Positions 35,138-47,613 of a stretch of 64,000 nt of DNA are shown one piece after another. The stretch is from Rhizodiscina lignyota (lineage: Eukaryota). Location of the stretch: contig ML978139.1 of assembly GCA_010015805.1 (NCBI GenBank), forward strand, positions 372,001 through 436,000, given 5' to 3'. The notes below the pieces were generated by a model. The model had not been told where the DNA came from. It saw only the letters and a program-made list of their open reading frames with translations, and searched no databases. The position numbers and the translations under genes are program-made. The number at the start of each line of letters is the position of its first letter. Within the stretch, counting starts at the first letter, position 1.

Positions 35138-35908
35138 CCTGAAGGCTCGAGGGGAATGATATGAAGATGGTAAATGCTACTAAAACATGAATTGAAGAGT
35201 ATGGCCAAAAAGATCGAGGCAGTTGATTGAGGAAGTATTAAGTGAGTAAGTGATATGTCGATCGATGCAGTTGAGAGGATGCGGAGATTTGAGCACGAGA
35301 TGTTGAGAGCGATATCGCGCGGCTTCTTGATCCGCCGGGTATTACATGATGTTTTCTGATAGACGGCGCCGGACGGCGGCAGCATGCATGAACTGGTCTG
35401 CCAACGCTGCTACTCACATTTGGATAGGTTAAGTGTCAAGATAAAATGCCCCTCGCACTGCTGTGCCACAAGAGACATTGTGTCTGGGAGAAAAGGGCGT
35501 GCAGGTTCGAGGTGAAAGGGAGAAGGAGGCGGACGAGGCCAGGGCCGGAGAAGCTATCTATCTTAATTTCCACTTCTGCTCTTTTCAGCTTAGCGTCATT
35601 TCCCCATTGGATGCGTTTAAACTGACTCGAAGGCTTTACAAAAATAATCTCATGACAAACATTCTCGCAAGTGGCTCCGTTCACGACATGTGAAGAATTG
35701 AATGCTGTGGGCAAGTGGAGACGTTGACGTTGTGGGCTTGGAGGGCTGAGAGAATAGTTTTGGACTTGATAGAGATTGACTGCTTCACTTCCAACCTTCA
35801 CAGATATTCTCATCGTGGAAATTCCATTCATCCTCATTTGCACTGTCCGTTAACCCCGTATTCTTGCGCAACTCGGCAAGCATCCTCGTCGCCTAAGCGA
35901 GGGCCAGT

Positions 35909-37913
35909 TTACGACGATTTATCATCGAAGGCCTTCTTCTCATCTGTATGTGCAACGCTGTCCTCCCTTGCTGTCACCGACCTCTGTCTTTCCGCTTCTT
36001 CCACTTCTTCAATCGTCATGAACTCATCGCTATTCATCCATCTGTACTTCCACCAGAAGATTGCAGTCTGAGCCGCCAACGCGATAGCTGGACCCGCCCA
36101 AACCCAAATAAGATGCGGGTCTATGATCGCTGGTGTCAAAATTTCGCCAAGGGCAGCAGACAGCGCATTCATGAAGAGGAAGATTGCCATGACAAGTGCC
36201 TTCATGTTGGGAGGCGACCGCGCGTACGCAATTTCGTATCCGGTAACCATGACGCTGTCAACAGTTAGCCTGACGAAATCCGGACTAAACTACAAGAGCT
36301 AAAGGAAGGCGGAGTCCACTTACAAACACTCGCTCATCGCTCCGAGCGAATAATTCGGTATCTGTGTCCAGATGCTCAACGGGCTCACACCGGTACCAAC
36401 GGTACAAGTCGAAGCTTGGTAGCCACAGGGACTCGTTACATAGACACGCCATTGAATGATGGCACCAATGACTCCAGAAATCCAGGCCAGAGTGAAGCCC
36501 GTGACACATCGGTTTACACGGCCAAACTTGATGCCCATTTTGTTGAGCGTTGGATAAACAACATGACTCAAGAATGGCGCAAACACGATAATCGTCAGCG
36601 GATTGAAGTTGTTCAGCAGGTCGTTTGGTGCTCCTGCCGTGGTCATTGCTGCACCTTGATTGGTAGAAACAGATCCGATGCCACCGTCGTTCAGATACCA
36701 GATGGGCCAGTAGAGGAACATCATACAAGCAACCATGGTCCTCCGAGTATCGTCGACAAGTTTGTCTGTCCATTCAACTGTAATTCCTTCCCGAGCCAGG
36801 ACGGATGGCTTGACTCTTTCCCAGAAGCCCTTGCCCCAGACCTTGCCCTTGTTGCGCTTAATGGCCAGTCCGATGATTTTAAAAACATTCGTAAGTTCCG
36901 AGCCCTTGGGTGGGTACCGAATAGTCTTTTTGTATGTCAAGAGCATGACAAGTGGAAGCAGGAAGTAAACAATGCCAGGAAGCAGGAATGCTAGCCAGTA
37001 TCCCACTCGCTTCTCAGCATAAGTGGTTGCGATTGCGAAGAACGCTCCAATGTTCACGAATGCATAGAAGAGCAGTGTGATACGCTGGATTGTCGTTTCT
37101 GGGTCGACAAGAACCTTTTCGCCAGACTTGAGCACCTTGACGTACTCCCGCTGATGCTGGTACTGATCTAGAACAATGGGGAGAATTGATGGCTTGAAGA
37201 TGCCTTGAAAGGGGTTAGCTTAGTATCCCAAATGTGTAGCGCGACAGACTTACCGGCTCCAAATGCGAGGAGCAAAAGACTGATAATGAATGGTGCAGCG
37301 CCATGTCCCGCCTGGAGAAGACTCGGGGCAGCACCTCCGATCATGATGACGTGGGCACTGTCGACAGTTAACAAGAGGACGGTCAAGAATGCAGAAACAG
37401 AGGCCCACTCACACGCCACATATAACTACACCAATTGCGACAGCATTGTAACGCCCTGTCCTGGCATCACCGATCCACGCACCGAGAATTGGAAATGCGT
37501 ATGCGAGAAATTGGAACAAGAGAACAAAGGCATTAGAGAACTGCAGACCCTTTCCCAATGCGCCTGCAGTCTCTTCAGTGCCCGCAGGTGGAGCACCAGC
37601 ACCATTGCCGTCTTTATGGGGAGACTGTCAGCTGCAACGTTTCGAGATTACATGACCCGGTGGGAATATTACCTTTGGGCAAAGGGAACTCCATGAAGTT
37701 ATTGAAGATTTGACTTGCGCCATAATACGACGCCCTCTCAGCGAATTCGACGATACAGAGAGTATACGCAATCCAAGGCAGGCGCTCTGCTACCTTGCGA
37801 AGCGTGGCGCGTTCCTCATCGGTAGGCGGAGGATACCTTTCGTCCGTGACCGACCACGACTCGGAGCGCTCCTTTGTTAGTGCTTCGACATCGTGCTTTA
37901 GCTGAGGAGCCAT
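35909..37913 (-). CDS. PTR2: Proton-dependent oligopeptide transporter (POT/PTR family), multi-exon
   Basis: IVEFAERASYYG (ExxERFxYYG-type signature), FYAFVNIGAF, PNDLLNNFNPL and TGYEIAYARSPPNMKA; several short introns. Confidence 0.92.
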
Positions 37914-40900
37914 TTCCTCTGGTATAACGAGCGAGTGGCGAGCATCCTCGACGATGCTCTGCACAGGAGGGCGGGACGAAATGATGTCCCCTATCACAGC
38001 GTTCGATTCTTGGGCTGTATTAGTGGCGCAACCGAAAGACAGTCTTTATCACTCACCTGCGCCCATTTTATAGAATGACTGCTATCCTCTACCAGAAATT
38101 TGGACCTGAGAGTGGCTCTGGCAAAAAGGAGGGGATTCGGGACTGCAGATAAACCATTCTGTTCATGTTGATCGCCCAATCGCGAATCACTCGGTTGCAA
38201 GATAAACCCACAGTCTGGTCTCAATCCTTCAGGCATTTCAGTGTAACATCTCCGGCGCTAATACACGAACAAAGACTAGCAGCTTCCATATCTCTGGCAA
38301 ACGTTACATGGATTTTTCCGTCGGGTTGGCAAGAGATCGGCGGAGGCTACTTCCTTTCTGCAAAGGCAGTGTCGATTGGATAATCGCAACGTTGCTACGA
38401 TGCTGTTGAAAACCGGGATTGGTGCGGTAGCGAACAGGAATATCCGTGTTACAACGAATTGATGCACCCTAAACATGTTCTGGAAGGACACGCGAGACGG
38501 GGATGTCCTGTCGCGATCAACGTCGAGGGAGAGGCCTGCGCTGTCTGGATGTACTGCCATATCAAGTATTATCGACAAGGCCACGCAGGATATGATAAGC
38601 TGGGTGAAACGCAGAAGGTAGGATTGAGAAGTTCTTGGAACCTGGGATACCTTCTGCAGCCTCTGAGAGACTGAGAGTGACTTGCTTCTAAATCTTACAC
38701 GCTATATTACTAGAGACGAGGAGGTAGACGTTTCCACCAACTGTATCTTCGCACGAAGTAGTGGCCTCTGCACCGAGTCTGCAAAGGAGTTGGGCCCGGA
38801 GATGTGGTACGGAAACCATGTGGCAGTTTGCAAGCGTGATGGATCAGGCAGGTCGTCAGTCGCAGATTGCCACTGTGCCGGATGCGCCAGCTCTAAGGAC
38901 TTTAACGCCATCCTGCCACCGTATCGCGTTAAATGGCGTTATCGCTGGAAGGAATCGTTGCAATGTGTGCATTGGAGCAGAAACGGCAGATCAAAATCGC
39001 AATACGAGGCCTAATGTTTGCGACATGCGGTTTAAGCCGGCTTTACCGTGCTGCTTCGCGTATTGAGGTCGATGGCACCGAAAAATCGTTCGTTTGTTCC
39101 TCGACCTCGCGGGGAAATAGCTACTTCGGGAACCTCGTTAAGCACTCGCGTGGTGATAGGGACCCAGGTGCGGGCGCCAGGTCTCGCGACATCGACGATC
39201 TCAGCCATGACTGCATCGTGCGCAGTTTGCGTAGGGAGAGATGATAGAGACTTTATGAATGAAAGAAGGACGTTGAAAGAAGGGTCCATGAGGCTATTAA
39301 AGTTCAGCCTCGCAGGTGGAGACGCCGAGACGGCCGACCGGTGAGACCTTCGGAGACTAGACATCGGCCCGCGGACTGACTGGCTCGTACGTACGTGTCC
39401 AACTTACCTCTTCAGGCACATTTCTGCGAAGCATTCCAAATTCCTGACGTGCTCTGCATACCTACGCCTTCATGGTATGCGGATTTTTGGTCGTTTTGCT
39501 GGAAGCGCAATTCGTTGATCGTGTGCACCATTGCGTTGCATATGATTTGCGGTCATGGGCCTCGCGGCTACAGCGACAGATACCTGAGCAACAGCCATCA
39601 TAAGCCATACAAGTTCGCAGATTGCGGAGGTTAGAAATTCTTAATTATCAAAATAATATCTGATCCCCTCTCCTGCTTATATGGGCGCTTCCTGCTCATT
39701 CTTTGACTCATCTCAACTTAGCGTGCTTGGCCAAAAGTCATCACCAGGATCTATGTATTCCGAACTCCGAGTCGAGCCATTTCTGTTGAGGAGAGCTTTC
39801 ACAAAGAACACTAGTCGCTGGAGAGTTGGCACGAGGCCAGGCTTTGTCTCTTGAGTATATATCGGCATTGCGCAATCCTCCTTTTCCTCATGACACCTTA
39901 ACCTTGCCAGAGCTCTGACCTCGAACGCCGACGTCTGCTGTCAAGAGCATGGGGTACCCTCCTTCTTATTGTCAATCCACAATTGCCAGTAGAGCCATAA
40001 CCTGAATTTTCTGGTCTCATGGCAAACCGGAAGTTCTTTCGTTCTTCATCATATGGACAAGTCCAGTTCCGATACTATCCATGATGAGGACTTAAATTAT
40101 AGTAGCAGAAGTAACACCCTGGGACCGTTCCACTAGGACGAAACACGCTGAGATGGTGTTTCCGCTGGTCAAATCTCCAATAACGCAGCTGTCCATCCCC
40201 GTCCGAATGCCAAGTTTCCCAATTAGAGAGCGCCTCGAAACTGCTGGTAACTGTTACAGGACCTGAGGACCCTGCCATCCGGAAGACTGGAGCTTCGATC
40301 TGCAGCAGGCCGTATATTCTGCTTGACGCTGTTTCTGTATGACGTCTGGCTCCATCATTTCCACGCTGCATGGACCCAGTTGAGAGGAAGTTCAGCAGCT
40401 TCAGCGGTTGAGATGAGAGTCCTCTAACGACTGAATGCACAAAGACCAGACCATCACAAGTGGAAGGTAACCTTCTCCGGGGTATCATTGATACATCAAT
40501 ACTTTTCAGCCCAACGGTACTTTGACTGTCGCAGGCCAACTGGAGCCAGGAGAAAGTAATGGTTCGTATTGCAAAACACGATATTGGATAACCACAGACT
40601 TGAGATGCCATTTGATATCAATGGTAATCGTCAAAGCTGACCGCCACCTGTGTGTCCAGGCAAAAATCCATTGCTACTTGTACGTGGATTTGCTTTGTAA
40701 TGAGGCTGACATATTTCAGAGACTCTGACGCCCTACAAGAGTGCGCGAAATAAGGATTCATGGAGCGAGAGTAGGTGTCAAAGTTACGACCCATGAAAGC
40801 GCGGAACGGGATTTGCTCAGAACCGTTGTCCGTATGGGGTACCGGAGTATCAAAGCCGGGGGCATCAGTAACGTTTCCGCGATCACCTCGGAGATATACC

Positions 40901-41451
40901 TGGAGACAACATGGAAATAAACCTCGCCTGGACTTTAGAAGTGTACTTCCGGAGCAATGAAACTGCCGCATCCATGGAATGTCCCGAAAATCAGTATGAA
41001 GGTTTAAGGCTTGACAAGCTTGGCCGGCGATTGGCCAGCAAGGCCAGCTTGCCAGCGCGATGAATATGCTCGTTGTGGTTTAGCGTTTGCTAATCCTGAG
41101 AACAATTATTCAGAATGCACCGCAATGGAATATTGTACGAGAGTGCGGTTTCTGATCTGGAACATCAATGATCGAGTAAGTAATCATTTGTTAATCCGCA
41201 GCTTTACGATCATAATGAGATGAGTTGGGTGTAGATTTGCCTTAATAGAGGTGTTTGTGTCACCCCCTGCAATGTGATCAGTAATTCCGAATATGGTGCA
41301 CTTGCAGGATTAGTCTTAGCCCCAGCACGACGTTTACGTACGTAGATAAAAACATAAAAACATATAATAGAGTTGGCGGTCCTTGAGGGTACAGTGTGTT
41401 TTGTCTGCCTTTCAACTGTGTTGCCATTTGAGATCAGCTTGACTTTTCACA

Positions 41452-42453
41452 ATGGCATCTGACAAGGAGATTGTCTTGGTGACAGGAGCTTCAGGATTCC
41501 TCGCAAATGAAATCGTCAGGGCATTTCTGAATGCTAGCTACCGCGTTCGAGGTACTGTTAGGAGCAAGGAGACAGCAGACAAAGTTCGGAACGAATTCCC
41601 AGGTGTTTCCGAGTCGGACCTCAGCTTCGCCTTTGTACCTGACATTGCTGCTGAAGGAGCACTGGACGAGGCAGTTAAAGGCGTTTCTGGAGTCATCCAC
41701 ACCGCGGCTCCAGTCTTCTATGGCACTAACCACTTCGATGAGAAGCAGCTCGAGCCTGCCGTTCTTGGTACAAGGAATGCGCTCAAGAGCATCAAGCAGT
41801 ACGGCTCCAACGTCAAGGCTGTTGTAATTACTTCTTCGTTCGCCGCGATCGAAGACTTCTCCAAGGGCCCAAGGCCAGGATATGTCTACACAGAGAAGGA
41901 TTGGTTTCCGGCGACGATAGAACATGCGAAAGAAAACCCTGGTATCGGCTACGCCTTGTCGAAGAAGATTCCCGAGCAGGAGGCGTGGGCTTGGTACGAG
42001 CAGGAGAAGCCATCGTGGAAGCTATCAGCGATGTGTCCGCCATTCATATACGGCCCAGTATCGACTTTGCAGCCACTATCCCGTCTGAACCAGTCAAGCG
42101 GTGATGTCTACAACCTCATGTTCGGCAAGATGAAAGAAGTTCCGCCAACGATCATGCCAAGCTTTGTCGACGTTCGAGATGCGGCGGAAACCCATCTAAA
42201 GGCCTTCCAGAAGCAAGCCGAAGGCCGGTTCATTCCTGCGGGTGGTAAGTATCTCTTCGCTACCATTTGCGAGATTCTGGCGAAGAATTTCTCGGAGAAG
42301 GCGGACGTCATTCCCAAGCCGACAGCGGAACAGCTCAATTTGGAAACCTTTACAGTCGACAACAGCAGGGCGGTCAAAGAATTAGGCATGAACTTTCGCT
42401 CGCTCGAGGAATGCATAGTCGATGCTGGGCGGACCTATCTGCAATTGCATTGA
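41452..42453 (+). CDS. Extended SDR / NAD(P)-dependent epimerase family, GRE2-like aldehyde reductase, intronless
   Basis: Motifs VTGASGFLA, VIHTAAP, TSSFAAI, YALSK and FVDVRDAAETH. Confidence 0.92.
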   Translation: MASDKEIVLVTGASGFLANEIVRAFLNASYRVRGTVRSKETADKVRNEFPGVSESDLSFAFVPDIAAEGALDEAVKGVSGVIHTAAPVFYGTNHFDEKQLEPAVLGTRNALKSIKQYGSNVKAVVITSSFAAIEDFSKGPRPGYVYTEKDWFPATIEHAKENPGIGYALSKKIPEQEAWAWYEQEKPSWKLSAMCPPFIYGPVSTLQPLSRLNQSSGDVYNLMFGKMKEVPPTIMPSFVDVRDAAETHLKAFQKQAEGRFIPAGGKYLFATICEILAKNFSEKADVIPKPTAEQLNLETFTVDNSRAVKELGMNFRSLEECIVDAGRTYLQLH

Positions 42454-42634
42454 AGAGAACGAAAGAAGAAGGGAGATGTGCCACCTTTTGCTTTTCCCGG
42501 AAATGATGACCCGCTACCAGAGCGCGCTAAGGACGCGTCGAGACGCGAAATCTGTATTAAGCGATTCATTTATTTTAATTCATTTTGCTTTTGTCCGAAG
42601 CTCGAGCTACAGGGATGAGCATTATGTTACACGA

Positions 42635-44144
42635 TTACAATCTGGCTTCAATCTTCTCCAGTGTGTCACCCATCGCATACTCGTTTCGGTTCTTCCGACT
42701 CCTGACCTTCTCACCGTCCGCCTTAGTGACATATCGCGCTTCAACAGCGGGATTGTAGTCAAACTGACTTGCGCTCTTGATTTGTGCATCGCTGACCTTA
42801 CTATTCTTCCTTCCGTCTGCGCGCTTGTAAACTGTGACGACCACGGCACCACCAAGACCAAGGTTATGCTGGAGCGCAACGTCGGTGTCTTCGACAAGAC
42901 GGTTGTTTGCCCAACCTCTGAGCTGCCATGTCAGCTCTGCGCACTGTGCCAGACCTGTGGCTCCTAGGGGGTGGCCCTTGGAGATCAAACCGCCAGACGG
43001 ATTTATGATTGGGCCCTTGCCGCCGTATGTGATATCTCCTCTCCTGACCATCTCATGTGCCTTTCCGGGTTCTGAGAATCCGAGGCCCTCCAGGAGAATG
43101 AGCTCATTTGCTGAGAAGCAGTCGTGAAGCTCGCAAACTCTGACGTCGCTCGGCTTTACCTTTGCCTCATCCATGGCGATCTTTGCGGCGCGACGAGTCA
43201 TATCGTACCCGACGAGATCCATGCTGCTCTTGGAGTACAAATTGGGTGAGTCTGTGAGGAGAGTCTGGCCCGCCATAAGGATCGCTTGTGATCTCAAATG
43301 CGGTCGCTCAGCAAGGAAGCGCTCAGACACGATGACGGCGGCGCCTGCGCCATCGCTAGTTGGGCTGCACTGAAGCTTGGTGAGCGGGAAGTGGATCATC
43401 GGAGCCTTCTCAATCTCCTCGAGCGTGTATTTCTGCTGGAACTGGGCGTATGGGTTGCGCTGTGAATGCTCGTGGCTAATACGCGCAATCTCAGCAAAAT
43501 CTCTGGCCTCGGCGCCATATCTGCTTGGTTGTAAGCATGGAATCCGCGTTAGAACACACAGGGGTCCATACTTCTCCATATACTCTTTTCCAGCGTTGGC
43601 AAAGTACTGAGCATTAGGTGGGGTCTTGTCTACGCCTCGGGTCTCGTCCATCATTCTCATCGATAGGCCCATCGGACTCGGTCGGTCGTGCCACACGCTC
43701 TTGATCGAGCCGGGGCTCATCTGTTCGAATCCAATGACGAGTGCACAGTCGACGGCGCCATTCTTGATCAGCGTCCTGGCCAAGTGTAATCCAGTCGATC
43801 CAGTCGCACATGCATTGTTCGTATTGTAGATTGGAATACTGCACATAGGTTAGCTGCCGTGTACTTTGCCTTCTACGATACATCCGAGATTCGAGCGGTG
43901 GAATTGGCGTTGCGTACGTAGACATTCCAAACTGATAGAATATCCGCTGACCGCTGGTCGTATCCCCGTAACAGTAGCAAGCCACGCCAGTCTCAACATC
44001 ATCGTAATTGATCTTTGCGTCCAACATGGCTTTGACACCAGCCTCGTAGCCCATCTCGGGGTATCCTCGCTGGCCCCTCGGCTTGATGAATTTTGTCAGG
44101 CCAACACCCAAGACATAAGCAGGGTTGTTCTGTTGTGGCGCCAT
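42635..44144 (-). CDS. SCP2/SCPx-type thiolase (non-specific lipid-transfer protein family), 3 exons
   Basis: Motifs YVLGVGLTKFIKP, NNACATGS, ELHDCFSANE, GHPLGATG and HNLGLGG; introns ~43918-43840 and ~43571-43521. Confidence 0.93.
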
Positions 44145-44565
44145 ATTTGCTGTCCTAATAGTCAAATTGAACGATTTGATTCGATATTTACTGAGTACTC
44201 GAAGTGGCGATGTTGTTGTAAGAGTATATAGGAAAGTGCCGTGGGTTGCCGTCACGCTGGCTGTTTTGGCCTCGGCCCATCCCCTCACTTCAGCTTACCC
44301 CGGATCCAGGAACTGCTTTGGCGGAGCACTCCATTATGATTACTCACGTTACTGTAATGTGGGAAAAATCGATAATGTATGTCTTCAAGGTCATGGCGAA
44401 CAGCCATTCTCGGCACATTAAAGGCACATTTGCTGATGAGAAAGGCGCTGAGGCAGCCGAAACCAGCCGTTAGGTCGGCAATGGTGGCAGACATAGAGCT
44501 TCACAGCATTTGCGCTTGGATGAAGTGTTTCGAGAACATTAGAGCTGTGCTAATTCCGAGTCCTT

Positions 44566-45613
44566 TCAGACCCATCCTCCATCAATATTGATTACTGCCC
44601 CTGTGATGAAACTCGACTTGTCGCTGAGCAGAAACTCGATCAACTCCGCCACTTCCAGGGGCTTGCCAACTCTCTTTAGAGCCAAGTGGCTGAAGAAGTC
44701 CATATCCTGATTATCTGGACGGGTATCATCTGTCTGGCGCATCAGTGGGGTATCGATCGGCCCTCTGAGCCGAAGCATAAGCATAATACTCAAATGATAC
44801 CGAATGACTTCCGAGAACTTACGGCGCAACGATATTCAACCTGATGCCCTTTGGGCCCAGCTCCTTAGCAGTGCAACGCGAAAGACCAATGACTCCATGC
44901 TTAGAAGCACAGTATGCTCCGTTCTTCTCAAATCCACGTTGTCTAAAGTCGCAAAGTCCAACATTAGCCTATCCTATTTGTCATCTGAGGTGGCTCCTGC
45001 ATTTTGGCTGATGCAAAGCTCTGGGACGGTGTGACTTTGGTCAGCCTTTTGGAAGAATTCACAAGATCACACAAGCAACACTCTAGATATCTCCCGACAT
45101 TGAACAAGGGAAAGGCGCAATGTGTATCTGCGAGTAACCAATCGTCCCACCGGCCGTGTAGATGACATACCCTGATATGCTGGAAACAACGACAATCGAT
45201 GCACCAGCCTTGAGATGTGGAATCTGAGCGCGGAGACAGTTCATCATACCAGTGAGGTTCACTCCGATGACCAAGTTCCAATCCTCCGTCGTTATGTCTT
45301 CCGTCGCCTTCATGAGGACATCCTTACCAACAATAGCAGCGAGGTTGGCGACGCCATCGAGCCTACCAAAGTGCGAAATGGTGTTGCTAATCCAGATTTG
45401 GACTTGCGCTTCGATTCGTACGTCTGTCACACAGACGAGGCATTGACAGCCGCTGGACTCAATTTCTTTCTTAACTTCTTCCAGTCTGCCTTCCTGAACA
45501 TCCGCGATGGAGACCTTCGCGCCTTTCGAGGACAACAATTGAGCTGCTTCCAAACCCATGCCGGAGGCGCCTCCCGAAATCGCAATGACTTTATCTTGGA
45601 AATAGTCTGACAT
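44566..45613 (-). CDS. Classical SDR (FabG/3-oxoacyl reductase-like), 3 exons
   Basis: Motifs [16 protein letters not shown] (after intron 45170-44943), GPIDTPLM and [13 protein letters not shown]; second intron ~44822-44765. Confidence 0.9.
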
Positions 45614-46929
45614 GATGAAGATTCTCACTGTTTCAGATCGCTCGAATTCAGGGACACCAATGGGATTTAGGTAAATTGTTTACGACGAGAGTGACTAGAG
45701 CATATAAACAGACGAGAATGGAATTCAAGGACGTAGCAGTAGGGATTGGGAAGCTACTTCAATGTAGCTCTATGACCATTGCGTTGCGGACGGGTATCAA
45801 ATTCCGTATACGGAAAGCAGGGGTGGGTGATCTGGATGAACTGGAAAACTTTATTGAGGGAAAGTATCATAATATTAAAGTCAATCAATGCAATGTCACA
45901 GCCCATATTCGTTTGATTCAAAATAGTTTGCAGGCTCCTGTAGTTACAGCGGCAGGAACATGGCTCCCCTTGGGTCCCGCCCCCCTCCGCAGAATCAGAT
46001 AGCCTCTACCCAACCCCGATAGTTCGTTTCAGGAGTTGACATCCACTGAACCGCTCCTCAACGACACTCTCACTTAGCATCGAAAGCTGGACAGGAGTGA
46101 CACTATCAATAACTCGGAATCCTTATTCAAGCTCAGGATAAAAGACATCTCGCTGCCGCCATCTCCGGCTCTCCGCTGCACTGTGTATGATTCTCCTTAG
46201 GCCTCGTCTGGCGACAGGATATGAAGCGGTTCCGAGTCGCTGGCCTTATACAGATTAAGGAATCTCGGCGCTCCAGTGACTTGCGGCTGCTCATCGCCGC
46301 AAAGTGCCATCATGATCGTATCTGCAGAACTTGGGCAAAACCTCACCGATGATGTGACGGTGAAGTCTTCCTGGTCTTGATCCGTCTCGACAACGAGCTT
46401 TACCATGTGCAAATTGATATTCCCATCCGACGGTGCCTCTTTCCTCCACTCTTCGTCTGATTGGGGGTAGTGTCATCAGATAAGCGCTGATTTTTCAAAG
46501 TTTCTTGGGTAGACCTACTCCGGATTGGTTAAACCAAGGCTGTGCGCTCACTATTGTCACTAATTAACTCAGTTGATCCAAGTGCGAAGTTATCCTAATA
46601 TAGCGTGGTAAGAATGATTTGAAAGCTCCCATTATCCCTCTAATTAAAAGATACGATGCCTCAACCGTGACTTGAATACTTCTGCATCCTCTCTCTTTGT
46701 TGCACAGCTCTTCCAGCATACCGCCAACTCCCGCAAATTATTCTGCTCAAATTGCAAGGTGTCCGAAGGTATGGTTCAATTTGTGATGGTGCCTTCTGAT
46801 CGAAATCGGCTGCAGCTCCCGAGGTACATGAACAAATGGGGTGGCCATTATGCTGTCATTCTTCTAAACAAGTATACACTTCTATCACTCGTTGCTCCAG
46901 CTCCAGTTACCGTCCAAGTCCGATCCTAT

Positions 46930-47613
46930 CTACTCCACCTTCACAGAATAAGACACAGTCTCCAACCCCTCAGCACTCCTGGGCCAGAAATCCCATCCCA
47001 GTAAGAATCTGTTTGAGAGCTGATTGTCGAAGAGGGCGATGTAGTTCGGTCGCCACCGGTGAAGGTCCGGAACAGATGCATCGTGATTGCTGAGCAGACC
47101 CGTCAGACGCCAGCGAGTCTCAAAGGTCAGGGATGGAAGTCGTGAGAATATGTCGAAGCTGCGAGCGTTCTTATTGACGTTGAACTGGAGCCCAAACTTG
47201 CTGTTCTGCTCCATGGCGAAAGGCCCGTGCAACCACACGCAGACGGAGCGAAAATGCTGATGGTAATGTTGCGTAGCTTGCATCCAGAAAAAGCAGAAGT
47301 CGCACGTTCGCAGGATGTCATCGGTCGGGCGTGGGTAGAGAGGATTGGTCGAGAAGCCGTAGTCCCAGTATGCGGCTAGTGTGAAGTGGTTCTGGCGCAT
47401 GAAGATCGGGAGGTATTCGTCACGAATTTGTCGACAAACCTGTGCCCAATTTATGCAGTTGCGGAACCCGCAGACATAACCTTTGAAGAGGTAGATGGTA
47501 GGGCCGAATTCGGTGACCGTGTCGGCACGGCTTGCGTGTGTGTATATTTCTTGACGAAGCTCGAGAGGAAGGCGGTGCAGAAATGTAGACGTGGGTGTGC
47601 TGATTGAAAACAT
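46930..47613 (-). CDS. F-box-like motif orphan protein
   Basis: FLHRLPLELRQEIY and QVCRQIRDEYLPIF motifs. Confidence 0.7.
   Translation of the reverse strand: MFSISTPTSTFLHRLPLELRQEIYTHASRADTVTEFGPTIYLFKGYVCGFRNCINWAQVCRQIRDEYLPIFMRQNHFTLAAYWDYGFSTNPLYPRPTDDILRTCDFCFFWMQATQHYHQHFRSVCVWLHGPFAMEQNSKFGLQFNVNKNARSFDIFSRLPSLTFETRWRLTGLLSNHDASVPDLHRWRPNYIALFDNQLSNRFLLGWDFWPRSAEGLETVSYSVKVE

Noticed and set aside
38000..41400. 3.4-kb gene-free stretch with short ORFs; faint resemblance of the minus strand at 40.0-41.0 kb to a decayed transcription-factor domain
   Set aside because: No motif I can name with confidence; it needs a BLASTx search.
44943..45170. 228-nt first intron of the SDR, longer than most here
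   Set aside because: Canonical splice signals; no recognisable snoRNA boxes or inverted repeats.
46197..46476. MVKLVVETDQDQEDFTV looks like the start of a BTB/POZ domain
   Set aside because: Similarity spans under 25 residues and does not continue.
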